DNA of 64,000 bases from Latescibacteria bacterium UBA6620 (lineage in GTDB: Bacteria; Latescibacterota; UBA2968): the NCBI GenBank assembly GCA_002433075.1, contig DJHM01000047.1, positions 16,037-80,036 on the forward strand, given 5' to 3'. Shown here in pieces: positions 39,252 through 49,699 of this stretch (positions are counted from its first letter, which is position 1; every line of letters begins with the position of its first letter). Made by a program: the position numbers and the translations under genes. The notes under the pieces were generated by a model. The model was not told where the DNA came from, searched no databases, and worked only from the letters and a program-made list of their open reading frames with translations.

Positions 39252-40574
39252 CTACGGTGGGTCGGCGGGGAGCTTCTGACGTTTGGGAATCAGCGGATCG
39301 TATTTGAACCCGCGGGTTTTCTTCTGAAACTCGGACCGCACCTTTCGCAAGGCTTCCGGCCGTGTCGCCAGATCGACGGCGGACCCGGCGAAGATTTTGG
39401 CCGCCTGGAAGACCGCTCGATCCGCGAATGGGAGAAGAGCCTGCGCAGCCATGTCCCGATGATGCCCGGGCGTCCCCTTTGCATAGCACGCGACGGTGAA
39501 CCGACCCATCGGCGCCAGCCACGATACGTTGTCCTCATCGGACGACCCGCGCCCCTGTGTCCCGGGACCCTTCGTGACGGTACCGCTGAAACCCTCCTTG
39601 TAACCCATTTTTTCGACGGCGATGCGGTCCGCTTTAGATGCGCGCGAAGGACCGAAGAGTTCCACATTCTGGGCCACGAGGTCGCACATCGTGTCGTTGG
39701 GAAGACGCGGGTAAACGGCCGTAATGCGGTGCCACTTCATGTCGGTGTCGGTGGCAAGGGCGGCACCCCTGGCGCAGTTGGTCAGTCGCTCGCGTAGCTC
39801 GTCGACCTGCGCGCGATCCTTGCCTCGTACGAAGTACCAAACCTTGGCGAAAGCCGGTACGACGTTGGGGGCGTCGCCGCCGTCTCTGATGACGCAGTGG
39901 ATCCTGCAATTCTCAGGGATGTGCTCGCGCAGGTAATTGGCGGCGACGTCCATGAGCATGACGCCGTCGAGCGCGCTGCGTCCGTTGTGGGCGCTGGCGC
40001 CGTGCGCGGTACGGCCACGGAACTCGTAGACGAGGGAGTCGAGGGAAGACCCTCCGAAATTGCTGACGCCCGTCCCGGTGCCGGGATGCCACGCAAGGAC
40101 GACGTCCAGGTCACGGAATGCTCCATCCCTTGCCATGTAGACTTTGCCGGCCAGAGTCTCCTCGGCTGGACATCCATAGTAGACGATTCGTCCCTTGCGT
40201 CCGGTGTTTTCCAGAATGTTGGCAGCGGCGACCGCACCTGCGGCCGGGGCAACGCCCAGAAGGTTATGGCCTCAACCGTGACCCCAACTGCCGTCGGCGG
40301 CCCCGCAGTTTGGCAGCGCGTCGTACTCACCCAGCATACCGATCGCGGGTTTGCCGGTTCCCCGAGTCGCTCGGAAGGCTGTCGGAATGTTCTTGAATGG
40401 GAATTCGACGGTAAACCCCCGTGCGTCGAGGTAGTCGGCGAGAACTTCTGCCGACTGCGTTTCACGGAACGGGCGCTCGGCGAATCCGTGGATGGTGTGA
40501 GAAAGTTTACGGGCGGCCGTTTTCTCGGCTTTAACCGCCGCTTCGACGCGGTTTTTCTTTGTTGTTCGATTCAT
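39252..40574 (-). pseudogene. M20D-family amidohydrolase (AbgB/HipO-like) in a single continuous frame of 441 codons, interrupted only by an in-frame TGA at 40272-40274 at the conserved Cys of the HxCGHN metal-binding motif. Either a pseudogene or a selenocysteine candidate.
   Basis: ...[22 protein letters not shown][TGA][64 protein letters not shown]... Both halves are in the same frame. A GC hairpin (GGCCGC aggu GCGGUC) lies 24 nt downstream of the UGA. Confidence 0.7.
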
Positions 40575-40645
40575 CGGGTGTCCCTCCGCTTGGTGCCTCC
40601 GGTGACGTTTATCCGCTTAGACTTCTGGTGCGACAACATCCAGAC

Positions 40646-41725
40646 TCAGATTTCAGATGTGATCGCGTCTCCGACGTCCGTGGTGTTGGCTTTGCCTCCC
40701 ATGTCGGCTGTATGGGATGTAGGACTTTCCAGCACGCGACTTACGGCGCTGTCTATGTGTCGAGCCGCTTCGCGAGCTTCATCATCGTCTTTTCGCATCC
40801 CCAGCCAGGTGAGCATCATTGACGCGGACAGGATCTGGGCAACCGGGTTGGCGATGCCTTGCCCGGCGATGTCAGGCGCCGTGCCGTGCGAGGGCTGGAA
40901 AATGCCGTACCGGTCCCCGACGTCTGCTGATGGAGCCATGCCCATGCCGCCGATCGTCCCGGCGCCAAGATCGGAGATGATGTCGCCGAACATGTTCTCG
41001 GCGACGACGACGTCGTAAAAGTCGGGTCGGCGAACTTGATGAACGGTGAATGCATCGACATATGCATAATCGAGAGCGGTCTCAGGATACGACTTCGCGA
41101 CCCCATCGAAGAGCTCCCGGAAATAGGCCTGGCTCTTAAGGACGTTGGCTTTGTCGACGCAGGTCACCCGGCGCACACCGTCTTTCGGAGCTCCGTTGCG
41201 TTCCTGGGCGATCTCGAAGGCGTACTTCACGATCCGCTCCGTACCAGCTCTGGTAATGACCATGCTGTCGACGGCAACGTCGTCACCCACCCGAACCCCA
41301 GCACCGCGTGACGCATAGAGGCCTTCCGTGTTCTCACGCATGATGACGTAGTCGATTGGCGGATTCTCGGTGAGGAGAGGTGTAACGCCCGGGTACTGCT
41401 TGATGGGGCGGATACCCGCGTAGAGGTCGAGGACGAATCGTAGCGTGAGCTGTGGCGCGATCTCTGTGCCGTCATCGAATCGAATGTTGGGATCGCCCGC
41501 GGAACCAAACAGGACGGCGTCGGCGGAGCGGCACGCTTCGAGGGTGTCGGCAGGTAGGTCTTCTCCTGTCTTCTGATAACAGGCCGCGCCGACGGGATGC
41601 TCGTTCAGGATAAAGCGGAGGTTGGGAAACGGTTTCTCGAGGGCGAGCAGGACCTTGACCGATTCGGCAACGACTTCAGGCCCAATGCCATCGCCGGGTA
41701 AGACAGCGAGGTTGTATGTCGGCAT
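40646..41725 (-). CDS. Isocitrate/isopropylmalate-dehydrogenase-family enzyme (3-isopropylmalate or tartrate dehydrogenase-like).
   Basis: [21 protein letters not shown], 359 aa. Confidence 0.8.
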   Translation of the reverse strand: MPTYNLAVLPGDGIGPEVVAESVKVLLALEKPFPNLRFILNEHPVGAACYQKTGEDLPADTLEACRSADAVLFGSAGDPNIRFDDGTEIAPQLTLRFVLDLYAGIRPIKQYPGVTPLLTENPPIDYVIMRENTEGLYASRGAGVRVGDDVAVDSMVITRAGTERIVKYAFEIAQERNGAPKDGVRRVTCVDKANVLKSQAYFRELFDGVAKSYPETALDYAYVDAFTVHQVRRPDFYDVVVAENMFGDIISDLGAGTIGGMGMAPSADVGDRYGIFQPSHGTAPDIAGQGIANPVAQILSASMMLTWLGMRKDDDEAREAARHIDSAVSRVLESPTSHTADMGGKANTTDVGDAITSEI

Positions 41726-41740
41726 ACTTTCTCCTGCGGG

Positions 41741-42892
41741 TTATTCGTAGTCACTACGCACGACGGCTTCTCCGTCGGCGACCACGGTTCTACCGCGACT
41801 CCACACCTGATCGATTTCGTGGTCTCGATTGAACAGGATGAGGTCGGCGTCTTTACCAGGTGCGATTCGGCCTTTCTCAGCAAGACCCAGCCGTTCCGCT
41901 GGATTGCGCGTCACGAGCGGCAATACGGTCGGCCATTCAACGCCCTGACGGATGACAGCGCGCACGCTGTCGATAAGGGTCATCGGTTCGGCCATCGCGT
42001 AGCGCCCACGTGTGTCTCCAGGCCGGGGATAGGCGCCCCCACTGTCGGTAGAAAGTGACACGTTTTCGTGGGGCAGGTCGGTGTCAAACACCTCAAGGAG
42101 CGCGCGTTCGGGCTCGATGGCGTTCGGGTAGCCCCTGTCTTTCTGAATCTGAGAAGTGAGGTCGACTTGGCCTCCGGCTCGAGCGAAATCCAGGGCCTGT
42201 TCCCATAAGGCAGGATTCCGATTCACGTGGGTGGCTACGAAACGGTCAGGAGGCAAGCCGGAGAAGTCGATCGCCTCCTGGAGTGGCGACAGCCCGGGAT
42301 CGAGATCGCCGATGTGGGCGTGAAGGACGCATCGTTTTCCGCCGATGCCGCCCCCTACGACGGCCGCATGAGCCAGCTGGCAGAGGTTCTCGAGCGACAC
42401 GGGCGGTGCGGACGCTTCGGATAGAGCTACCTTGACACCGAGAAACCGGTCGACATAGGCCAGATCTGTCTGCACGTCCCCGGTCAGGGTCGGGAAGGGA
42501 TTCCGCCATCCGCCGGTGTAGGCATAGGCGCTGATGCCCTCCGCGGTCAACGCGGCGGCTCGACTCAGCAGGGCGGGTAGAGAACGACTCAGGCTGTCGG
42601 TCCCGAGAGGAGAGACGACGGTGGTAATGCCGGCCAACGTCATCCACGAAAGCGGCATTTCGGGAGATCGATGGGTCGGTCCAGCTCCGCCGCTCGCGCC
42701 CATGACGTGAATGTGATTGTCTACCAGCCCGGGAACGAGGACACGCTCATCGGCCTGCACGATGGCGGGATCCCCGACGGGCCATAAATCTGTGCCCACC
42801 TCGAGAATATGGGCACCGAAACACAGGACATCGCAGATGCCGATGTCTTCCGGGGCGTAGACGTGCGCGTCTTTGATGAGAAGCGTGTTCAT
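41741..42892 (-). CDS. Metal-dependent amidohydrolase, isoaspartyl-dipeptidase (IadA)-like.
   Basis: PGLVDNHIHVMGASGGAGPTHRSPE, HAHIGD, DSGG; 383 aa. Confidence 0.65.
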   Translation of the reverse strand: MNTLLIKDAHVYAPEDIGICDVLCFGAHILEVGTDLWPVGDPAIVQADERVLVPGLVDNHIHVMGASGGAGPTHRSPEMPLSWMTLAGITTVVSPLGTDSLSRSLPALLSRAAALTAEGISAYAYTGGWRNPFPTLTGDVQTDLAYVDRFLGVKVALSEASAPPVSLENLCQLAHAAVVGGGIGGKRCVLHAHIGDLDPGLSPLQEAIDFSGLPPDRFVATHVNRNPALWEQALDFARAGGQVDLTSQIQKDRGYPNAIEPERALLEVFDTDLPHENVSLSTDSGGAYPRPGDTRGRYAMAEPMTLIDSVRAVIRQGVEWPTVLPLVTRNPAERLGLAEKGRIAPGKDADLILFNRDHEIDQVWSRGRTVVADGEAVVRSDYE

Positions 42893-44475
42893 ACGGTCGT
42901 CACTGGAGGAGACAGATAGATGTAGTATCCCGATCCAAGCTGGCTGCGGTCGTGCCGGTACGCGAAGTCCTCGCTGGGAGAGCGACCGCGGCGGGTGGTG
43001 ACACAGGGATTGGCGAGGACGAGCAACGCGTGTTCGTTCGGATCGACACAGACGATGTTCTCACGAAAGTCTCCCAGGACGTCAACACACGCCAGGTTTC
43101 TGCCGTACTCGGCGCCCTCGGGAAGGTCTCCTTCAGGCACGTCCACTTCGTCGCCTGAATCCGTCAGTTTCACGATTCTTTTGTTTTCCTTGCGTACGAC
43201 GAAAGCAACCTCGTCTCCCTCGTCCCAATGGACGGGAACGAAGTTTTTCCGCTGCCAATCGGATAGGTCTAGCCAATGAGATCCGTCGGGAAGGAAAATG
43301 GGGGAATGGTTCTTCTGCTCCCGACGCCCGTCCTCAGCCGTATGCGGGTGCAACCCGGCCACGCCCGGCGCGTGTCGAGCGATCCATCCGTAGTGGGCAT
43401 GATCGAAGGCTTCTTTCCAGATGGTGCGGCCTTCGCAGTCGACCAGATAGACACCGGGATTGTCCTTTTCGACCGCATACCAAATCTGCAGACCCTTGCG
43501 ATCCGGGTCGATCTTACAGGGTTTTGAGATGTCGGTGTGCCCGAACGCTTCCGCCTGCCACCTGACCGTGCCGGCTCCGTCGTAACACACGCCGCCACAG
43601 ATCACCTCCTGCACTCCGTCCTCGTCGATGTCGGCTACGTCGAGGTTGTGACCCGCGCCTCGGTCCTGTTCGACGCGCCATCGAGTGTGACCATCCCGAC
43701 CGTCGAGGGCGGTCAGGACGACGTCCCCGTAGGTTTCGTCCTGGACGACGACACTGGGAGGTTCGTCGATTCCGTCGAGGTGCCCGACGGTCATCATCAC
43801 ACGAGAGCGTGTCGCGGGCCAGGGCACGTGGTAGATCTCGTCGCCGGTTTCGCCATCCACGACGGTATAACGCTCTTCTTCGACCGCGGTGTCGTAGCGA
43901 TCGGAAGGGTAGTCGGCGGGGAAGCTGTGGAAGGCGACCTCAGTGCGGCCGTCACCGTTCAGGTCCCACGCCAGGAAGGGAAGGTGGTGCATTGACCCGT
44001 CCCACCCGCCACTTTCCGGGAGACGCGTGTCGAAAGTCCACAGAGACCGTCCGTCCGCACTGTAGGCGCCGATGTGTATTGTCCCTCTTCGTACGAAGCG
44101 CAAGACAAACCCTGAGCGACCGTCGTTGCAGAGGTCTCCCACAACCACGTGTTGGACGCGCCCATCCGGATCCAACTCGATCCGGCGGGCAATGCAAGAG
44201 GCCTCGGACCCCGGATCGACGAAAACGGTTTCGGAAGGCGTGCCGTCCGCGGCCACGATCCGATACTGCTGCTCGCCGTCATCGGGGCACTCTAACAGGG
44301 CGGTCGTGGAGTCGATGAACGGATCGCCGACGTCGAATAGCCAGGTTCCATTGACCTTGCGCTCTATGAAGAAAGGGGCGTCGGGTGCGTCATTGTTGAG
44401 GAGACGCCAGGACAGGAAGACGTTTCTGTTCCCACGCGGCAAGGCGAGCAAGTGGCGGTGTTGGATGGGTGGCAT
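42889..44475 (-). CDS. FG-GAP/beta-propeller protein, rhamnogalacturonan-lyase PL11-like.
   Basis: Repeated DLNGDG/DIDEDG Ca-binding blades and a C-terminal DVLGDFRENIV motif typical of PL11 enzymes; 528 aa. Confidence 0.5.
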   Translation of the reverse strand: MPPIQHRHLLALPRGNRNVFLSWRLLNNDAPDAPFFIERKVNGTWLFDVGDPFIDSTTALLECPDDGEQQYRIVAADGTPSETVFVDPGSEASCIARRIELDPDGRVQHVVVGDLCNDGRSGFVLRFVRRGTIHIGAYSADGRSLWTFDTRLPESGGWDGSMHHLPFLAWDLNGDGRTEVAFHSFPADYPSDRYDTAVEEERYTVVDGETGDEIYHVPWPATRSRVMMTVGHLDGIDEPPSVVVQDETYGDVVLTALDGRDGHTRWRVEQDRGAGHNLDVADIDEDGVQEVICGGVCYDGAGTVRWQAEAFGHTDISKPCKIDPDRKGLQIWYAVEKDNPGVYLVDCEGRTIWKEAFDHAHYGWIARHAPGVAGLHPHTAEDGRREQKNHSPIFLPDGSHWLDLSDWQRKNFVPVHWDEGDEVAFVVRKENKRIVKLTDSGDEVDVPEGDLPEGAEYGRNLACVDVLGDFRENIVCVDPNEHALLVLANPCVTTRRGRSPSEDFAYRHDRSQLGSGYYIYLSPPVTTV

Positions 44476-44490
44476 TTGGCGTTTGAAATG

Positions 44491-45612
44491 TCAGGCGAGG
44501 TCGAACCCACCCTCTTCCCGCACCTTCTGCTGGACGAGCTCGGGATCGAGATCGAATCCTGTTCCGGGGGTATCGGGGACGACGATCTTTCCATCGCGGA
44601 TGTCCCATCCGTCGAGGACAATGCCCGGCGTGTCCGCAGGCGCGGCTTCCAGAAGAGAGAAGTTCGGGACAGAGGCGGCGAAATGGGCGTGTGCGTAGCG
44701 CTCGATGAGGCTTCCCCAACAATGAGGGGCACAACGGGCTCCCCACGGTTCGATCCGTTTCGCCGTCTCACGCCACCAGCTGAGCCCGACAGCACGAAAG
44801 TCGTGCTGGACGATGTCGATCCAACCCGCTTCGACCATGTCGAAGAAATTCGGTGGAGGAGGTCCCGACTCACCGTCCGCGACCAGGGTGTCGAACCCTT
44901 CCTCCTGCATGAACAGTTTGAAGGGTTCGTTAAATGATCGGTCCTCCGGAAAAGCCTCCTCGAACCAGTAGATATCGACATCGCGACAGCGCCGCATTAT
45001 GTCCTTGGCGATGTTCAGCGTGGTTCCGTTGTTCGCGTCAATCAGGATCTTGGCGTCGGGCCGGGCCGCTTCACGGACCGTGTGGATCACCCGAACGTCT
45101 CGATCCGTGCCTTCGATGACCGGCATCCATCTGGCTCCACGCCCGATCTTGATCTTGAAGTTGTGGTACCCGTATCGGTGCCCGGTCGCGACTTCTTCAC
45201 GAAAAATGGTGTCGGCTTCTTCGTCGGTGGCGTCGAGATCGTCGATGTAAATAGAGCCGTCGTAGAGTTCGACTTCCCGGCTCCCACGTGCTCCGAGAAG
45301 CTGGTAGAGGGGCAGATTCGACTGCCTCGCCACCAGATCCCAGAGAGGGAGGTCGACAGCCTTTCCCACTTCGGATGTGCCGGTTTCGTCGATCAGGTCT
45401 GAAACAGGTCTTCCGATCAGGCTTCGAGCACCTGCTTCATCGATTCGGGACCATCCGATACCCGTCGCACCGGAGGAGCTGTAGATGCGCACGACGGGGT
45501 CTGTGAGCGTGTCGCCGTGGACGCCCCTCTTGGCATTCCGACCGATGAGACGGGGGCGCTTGAAAGTGAGAACCACCTTCTGTATGCGTTGTATGGTGCC
45601 TGACAGATCCAT
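44491..45612 (-). CDS. Enolase-superfamily (MR/MLE) protein, intact.
   Basis: FKIKIGRG, LIDANNG, WFEEAFP metal-ligand motifs; 373 aa. Confidence 0.8.
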   Translation of the reverse strand: MDLSGTIQRIQKVVLTFKRPRLIGRNAKRGVHGDTLTDPVVRIYSSSGATGIGWSRIDEAGARSLIGRPVSDLIDETGTSEVGKAVDLPLWDLVARQSNLPLYQLLGARGSREVELYDGSIYIDDLDATDEEADTIFREEVATGHRYGYHNFKIKIGRGARWMPVIEGTDRDVRVIHTVREAARPDAKILIDANNGTTLNIAKDIMRRCRDVDIYWFEEAFPEDRSFNEPFKLFMQEEGFDTLVADGESGPPPPNFFDMVEAGWIDIVQHDFRAVGLSWWRETAKRIEPWGARCAPHCWGSLIERYAHAHFAASVPNFSLLEAAPADTPGIVLDGWDIRDGKIVVPDTPGTGFDLDPELVQQKVREEGGFDLA

Positions 45613-45670
45613 CTTTCTCCTTTCGTTTCAGGGAACTCAAGCTAACGTTCGGCCCCCCAAAAAGTCAACC

Positions 45671-45705
45671 GCCCATCGGACACCGGCGGCCGGGATCCGA
45701 TGGGC
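45671..45705. other. Strong stem-loop in the smc / enolase divergent intergenic region.
   Basis: GCCCATCGGA (10-bp perfect stem), a 15-nt loop that itself contains the CCGGCGGCCGG palindrome, then TCCGATGGGC. Confidence 0.5.
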
Positions 45706-45781
45706 GACTGATAGATGTTAAATTGTTTATAAACAAATATATGCGATTGTTTTATGGGGCCGCGGTGTGCTTAGAAAGGCC

Positions 45782-45810
45782 TTGACCCACACTACCAGAT
45801 AGTGTATTAT
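45782..45810 (+). promoter_or_regulatory. Near-consensus sigma70 promoter upstream of smc.
   Basis: TTGACC, 17-bp spacer, TATTAT, preceded by a strongly AT-rich UP-like tract (gttaaattgtttataaacaaatatatg). About 200-nt leader to the smc ATG. Confidence 0.55.
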
Positions 45811-46018
45811 GCCAAAGCCTGACCCGTTTTCTTATACTCTTTGTAGTATCCACGGTCCGACTACCTAACCCCACGGGTGGATCGACGTGGTGACCACCCC
45901 CCAAACCCTTCGTATCTTTCTTTCATTCCCCGCAAAGGCCCTCGGTCGAAGTTTCGAGGGTGACCCCATGTTTCCCTCTTGCCGGTGAACCACCAGCGGG
46001 AGAGACCTGGAGAATCTG

Positions 46019-49000
46019 TTGTATCTGTCCCGACTGAACGCATTTGGGTTTAAGTCTTTCGCGCAGAAGCTCGATCTGAAGCTCGAAAACGGTATTACAG
46101 CTGTTGTCGGGCCGAACGGGTGCGGCAAGTCGAATGTCGTAGACGCCATCCGGTGGTGCACGGGAGAGCAACGAGCTCGAGCGTTGCGCAGCAGCCATAT
46201 GGAGGATGTCATCTTCCAGGGGTCCCGGTCGCGGAAGCCCCTGGGCCTCGCCGAGGTATCGGTGACGATCGACAACTCCCAACGGCTGCTGCCCGTGGAA
46301 TTCACCGAGGTAACGGTGACCCGACGGTTGTATCGGTCTGGCGAGAGCGAATATCTAATCAACAAGATCCCGTGTTTACTGCGAGACATTCAGAACCTGT
46401 TGATGGACACGGGAATGGGAGCGCACTCCTATTCGGTCATCGAGCAGGGGATGGTCGATGAGATCATCAGCGACAAGACCGAAGAGCGCCGCCGGGTTTT
46501 CGAGGAAGCGGCAGGCGTAACGCGTTACAAGGTCCGCCGTCGATCCGCCTGGAATAAACTGCAGTCGATTCAGCAGGATCTGACTCGAATCGATGACATC
46601 ATCGGCGAAGTTGAGCGCCAGGTGGCGTCGTTGGCCCGTCAGGAACGAAAGGCTCGACTCTACAAGCAATTGACAGACGAGCTACAGACGCTCGAAGTGC
46701 AGGTGGCGCGGTACCGATATTTCGAAATGTCCGACCGATCCCGACCGATGCTGGACGAGATGTCTTTCCTCAAGGAGGACATTGAAGTCGGAACCACCGA
46801 TACGGCGCGTCTCGAGGCACGTCTCGAGGAGATTCGGGCAGAACTTACCGTGCAGGATCAGGCGCTTGCCGCGGCCAACGCAGATGTGAGTCGCCAGGTC
46901 GGGCTCGTTCACGAGAAGGACCGGGCCATTCTGGTTTGTCGTGAAGAGATTCGCAGCATCGACAGCTTCCTTACTCGAGCCGACCGGCAGACCGAAGAAT
47001 TGTCGTCCCGACGGGCCTCGGCCCTGACGGACAGCGAAAAGGCTCAGATCGAAGCAGCACAGACGACAACTCGTCTGGCTGAACTGTCAGAGCATCTGGA
47101 ATACGAGGGAGTTGCCCTGGAGGCCCTGAGCCTAAAGGTGGCCGATCAGCGCAACCGGGCGCAGGATGAACAGTCGAAGTCTCACGCGCTGATGCAAGAG
47201 ATCAACAGCCGATCATCGGTGTGGGAACGGAGCAAAGCCGAGGTCGAGGGCCTTTGTGAACGAAGGTCCAGACTGGTCGAGGATGTCGAACGAGTCGAGC
47301 GCCGTCGATCGGAGGCCCACGAAGTGCTCGAGGACGCCGGTGCCGAGATCGCCTCCCTGGAGGAGACGCTTGTTCAGGCGCAGGACGCCAGAGATCGACT
47401 GGCCGCAGAGCGACAGGAGACACAGGAGCGGGGTGATGCCCTCGTCGAGTCCCGGGTCACGCTGAGGGGGCGGCTCGAGGCCGACCGTGCCCGTCTCGCC
47501 TTGCTGAAAAAACTGGAGGAACAGTTCGAAGGGTACTCGGCAGGTGTTCAGGCTCTGGCGGCTGAAGGCTCTCCGTTCGCAGACAGAATCAGAGCGATCC
47601 TGGCGGATCTCGTCGGTGTCGATCCAGACTATGCTCGCGCCATCGAAGCTGCCCTTGGCCGGTCCCTCGACTGCCTGGTGGTCGACACAGCCGACGATGC
47701 CATCGAAGCGATGGCCTACCTGCGGGAAGGGGAACACGGCGCCGCGGGATTTATGCCAGCCGACCGTGTGTCCCACCCGACAGGGGCGCCGTGGTCGCCC
47801 CCTGTCGACGATGGGATCCTGGGGCGAGCAAGCAATCTGATTCGACCCCTGGGTCATGATTCGGAGGTTGTCACCGGCCTTCTTGCGAATACGTTCGTCG
47901 TACGTGATGCATCCACAGCGCTGAAGTGGGCGGCTCAGTTCCGTTCTCGAGGTTGCACGTGTGTAACCCTGGCGGGCGAGGTTTTTGCGGCTGACGGGGC
48001 GATCTATGGTGGTGCATCGGGAAGCGGCGAATCGAGTCTGATCGGGCGACACCAGCAGATCGAAACGCTGATGGAAGGCGTAACGACAGGCGAGTCCGAA
48101 CTGGCCGAGCTCGAACAGAAGATTCGAGAGACTGTCGATCGCCTCGGCCGGTCTACGGACGATCTCCAGAGTGCCGACGACGCCCTGGCTGACCTGAAGC
48201 ACCGGTTGGCGATCCGGCAGCGCGACCACCAGAATGCGCTTGACGAGGTCGAACGTCAGGATCGCACGTCGGTGGAGCTGGCGGAAGAGCGTCAACGCCT
48301 GGAGGACCACGTGTCGACCTTCGAGCAGGGTCTGGCGGGGGCTCAGATCGCTCTGCGGTCTCTCGAATCGCGGAGAAGGGTCCGGGAAGAGACAGAGCGG
48401 TCGGTGGCGGAGGCGGTTTCGGAAGTCGAGCGCGAACGAGCCGAGTTACACGAGTGCGTGTCGGCCCATCGCGTCGAGATCGCCTCGCTGAAGGAGCGCT
48501 CCCAACGTCTGGGACAGGAGGGTGACCGGCTGACGCGTGAGGCCGAGGCCTTGGAATCCGAGCGGTCGGGTCTGACCCAGGAGTCCGAAGAGAATCGGGG
48601 GCGCCGAGCCAAACTCGAGAAGGAGGTGGCTTCGGCGAGCGAAGAACTCCGAGTTCTTCACGACGGGCAGAAGGAAGCTGAGAACAAGCGGGACCGGCAG
48701 GCGGAGAGCCAACAGGAGCTGATGATGATGTCCCGCGGAGTCGAAGAAGAGTTGCGGGAGAAGAGTCGTAAGGTGACCCAAAACAGAGAACGTCTTCACG
48801 AACTCGAGGTGGGTCTGGCCGAACTCAAGACCCGCGCTGAGGAACTTCACTCACGCATGCTCAACGAGCGCGAAATCGACCTGAAGGAGGTCGGTCGGCT
48901 CGAAGATCCCGAGTTCAACGCGGACATGTCTTCTAAGAAGGTCGTAGAAATTCAGGAACGACTTCGACGGATGGGTTCCGTAAACCTCGCGGCTTTGGAA

Positions 49001-49621
49001 GAGTACGAAGTTCAGAAGGAACGATACGAGTTTCTGGCCAAGCAGCGGGACGACTTGTTGGAAGCTGAAGACACACTGAAGCGGACGATTCAGAAGATCG
49101 ATCGGACTGCCCGCGCACGGTTCCTCGAAACCTACGGAAAGATTCGCGAGAACTTCAGGATCACGTATGCGAAGTTCTTTGAGGGTGGAGAGGCCGACCT
49201 CCTGATGACACCGGATGAGGATCCTCTCGAAGCGGCGATTCAGATTTCGGCAAGGCCCAGGGGGAAAAGGCTACAGAGCATCAACCTCCTGTCCGGTGGG
49301 GAACGTGCCCTCACGGCAATTGCTCTCCTGTTCGCGATCTATCTGGTCAAGCCAAGCCCCTACTGTATCCTGGACGAGGTCGACGCTCCCCTCGACGACG
49401 CGAACGTCAACCGTTTCGTTCGGGTCATCCGCGAGTTCTCGAAGGACACCCAGTTCCTCATCGTGACTCATAACAAAGTGACCATGGAGGCGGCGGACTG
49501 CTTGCACGGCGTGACGATGGAAGAGCCCGGTGTGTCGAAACTGGTCTCGGTGAGGTTGGGCGATCAGCAAAACGAATCTCGGGGATCCATCGCTGCAGAG
49601 GAGCTCGCTGCGGACGATTGA
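46019..49621 (+). CDS. smc: Chromosome segregation protein SMC.
   Basis: N-terminal Walker A VVGPNGCGKSNVVDAIRW, long coiled coils, hinge, C-terminal signature LSGGERALTAIALLFAI and Walker B ILDEVDAPLD; 1200 aa. Confidence 0.9.
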   Translation: MYLSRLNAFGFKSFAQKLDLKLENGITAVVGPNGCGKSNVVDAIRWCTGEQRARALRSSHMEDVIFQGSRSRKPLGLAEVSVTIDNSQRLLPVEFTEVTVTRRLYRSGESEYLINKIPCLLRDIQNLLMDTGMGAHSYSVIEQGMVDEIISDKTEERRRVFEEAAGVTRYKVRRRSAWNKLQSIQQDLTRIDDIIGEVERQVASLARQERKARLYKQLTDELQTLEVQVARYRYFEMSDRSRPMLDEMSFLKEDIEVGTTDTARLEARLEEIRAELTVQDQALAAANADVSRQVGLVHEKDRAILVCREEIRSIDSFLTRADRQTEELSSRRASALTDSEKAQIEAAQTTTRLAELSEHLEYEGVALEALSLKVADQRNRAQDEQSKSHALMQEINSRSSVWERSKAEVEGLCERRSRLVEDVERVERRRSEAHEVLEDAGAEIASLEETLVQAQDARDRLAAERQETQERGDALVESRVTLRGRLEADRARLALLKKLEEQFEGYSAGVQALAAEGSPFADRIRAILADLVGVDPDYARAIEAALGRSLDCLVVDTADDAIEAMAYLREGEHGAAGFMPADRVSHPTGAPWSPPVDDGILGRASNLIRPLGHDSEVVTGLLANTFVVRDASTALKWAAQFRSRGCTCVTLAGEVFAADGAIYGGASGSGESSLIGRHQQIETLMEGVTTGESELAELEQKIRETVDRLGRSTDDLQSADDALADLKHRLAIRQRDHQNALDEVERQDRTSVELAEERQRLEDHVSTFEQGLAGAQIALRSLESRRRVREETERSVAEAVSEVERERAELHECVSAHRVEIASLKERSQRLGQEGDRLTREAEALESERSGLTQESEENRGRRAKLEKEVASASEELRVLHDGQKEAENKRDRQAESQQELMMMSRGVEEELREKSRKVTQNRERLHELEVGLAELKTRAEELHSRMLNEREIDLKEVGRLEDPEFNADMSSKKVVEIQERLRRMGSVNLAALEEYEVQKERYEFLAKQRDDLLEAEDTLKRTIQKIDRTARARFLETYGKIRENFRITYAKFFEGGEADLLMTPDEDPLEAAIQISARPRGKRLQSINLLSGGERALTAIALLFAIYLVKPSPYCILDEVDAPLDDANVNRFVRVIREFSKDTQFLIVTHNKVTMEAADCLHGVTMEEPGVSKLVSVRLGDQQNESRGSIAAEELAADD

Positions 49622-49646
49622 GCGCGAGAGATGACGATTCGGACGA

Positions 49647-49675
49647 GGCGCCCGGGTGTCCGGGCGCCTTTTTCT
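49647..49675 (+). terminator. Intrinsic terminator of smc.
   Basis: GGCGCCCGG gtgt CCGGGCGCC followed by TTTTTCT. Confidence 0.65.
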
Positions 49676-49699
49676 GTACAGCCTGTTCGCTTCGCCAAT

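Noticed and set aside
47213-48310. 365-aa minus-strand ORF
   Set aside because: Lies within smc on the opposite strand; repetitive coiled-coil DNA yields open antisense frames.
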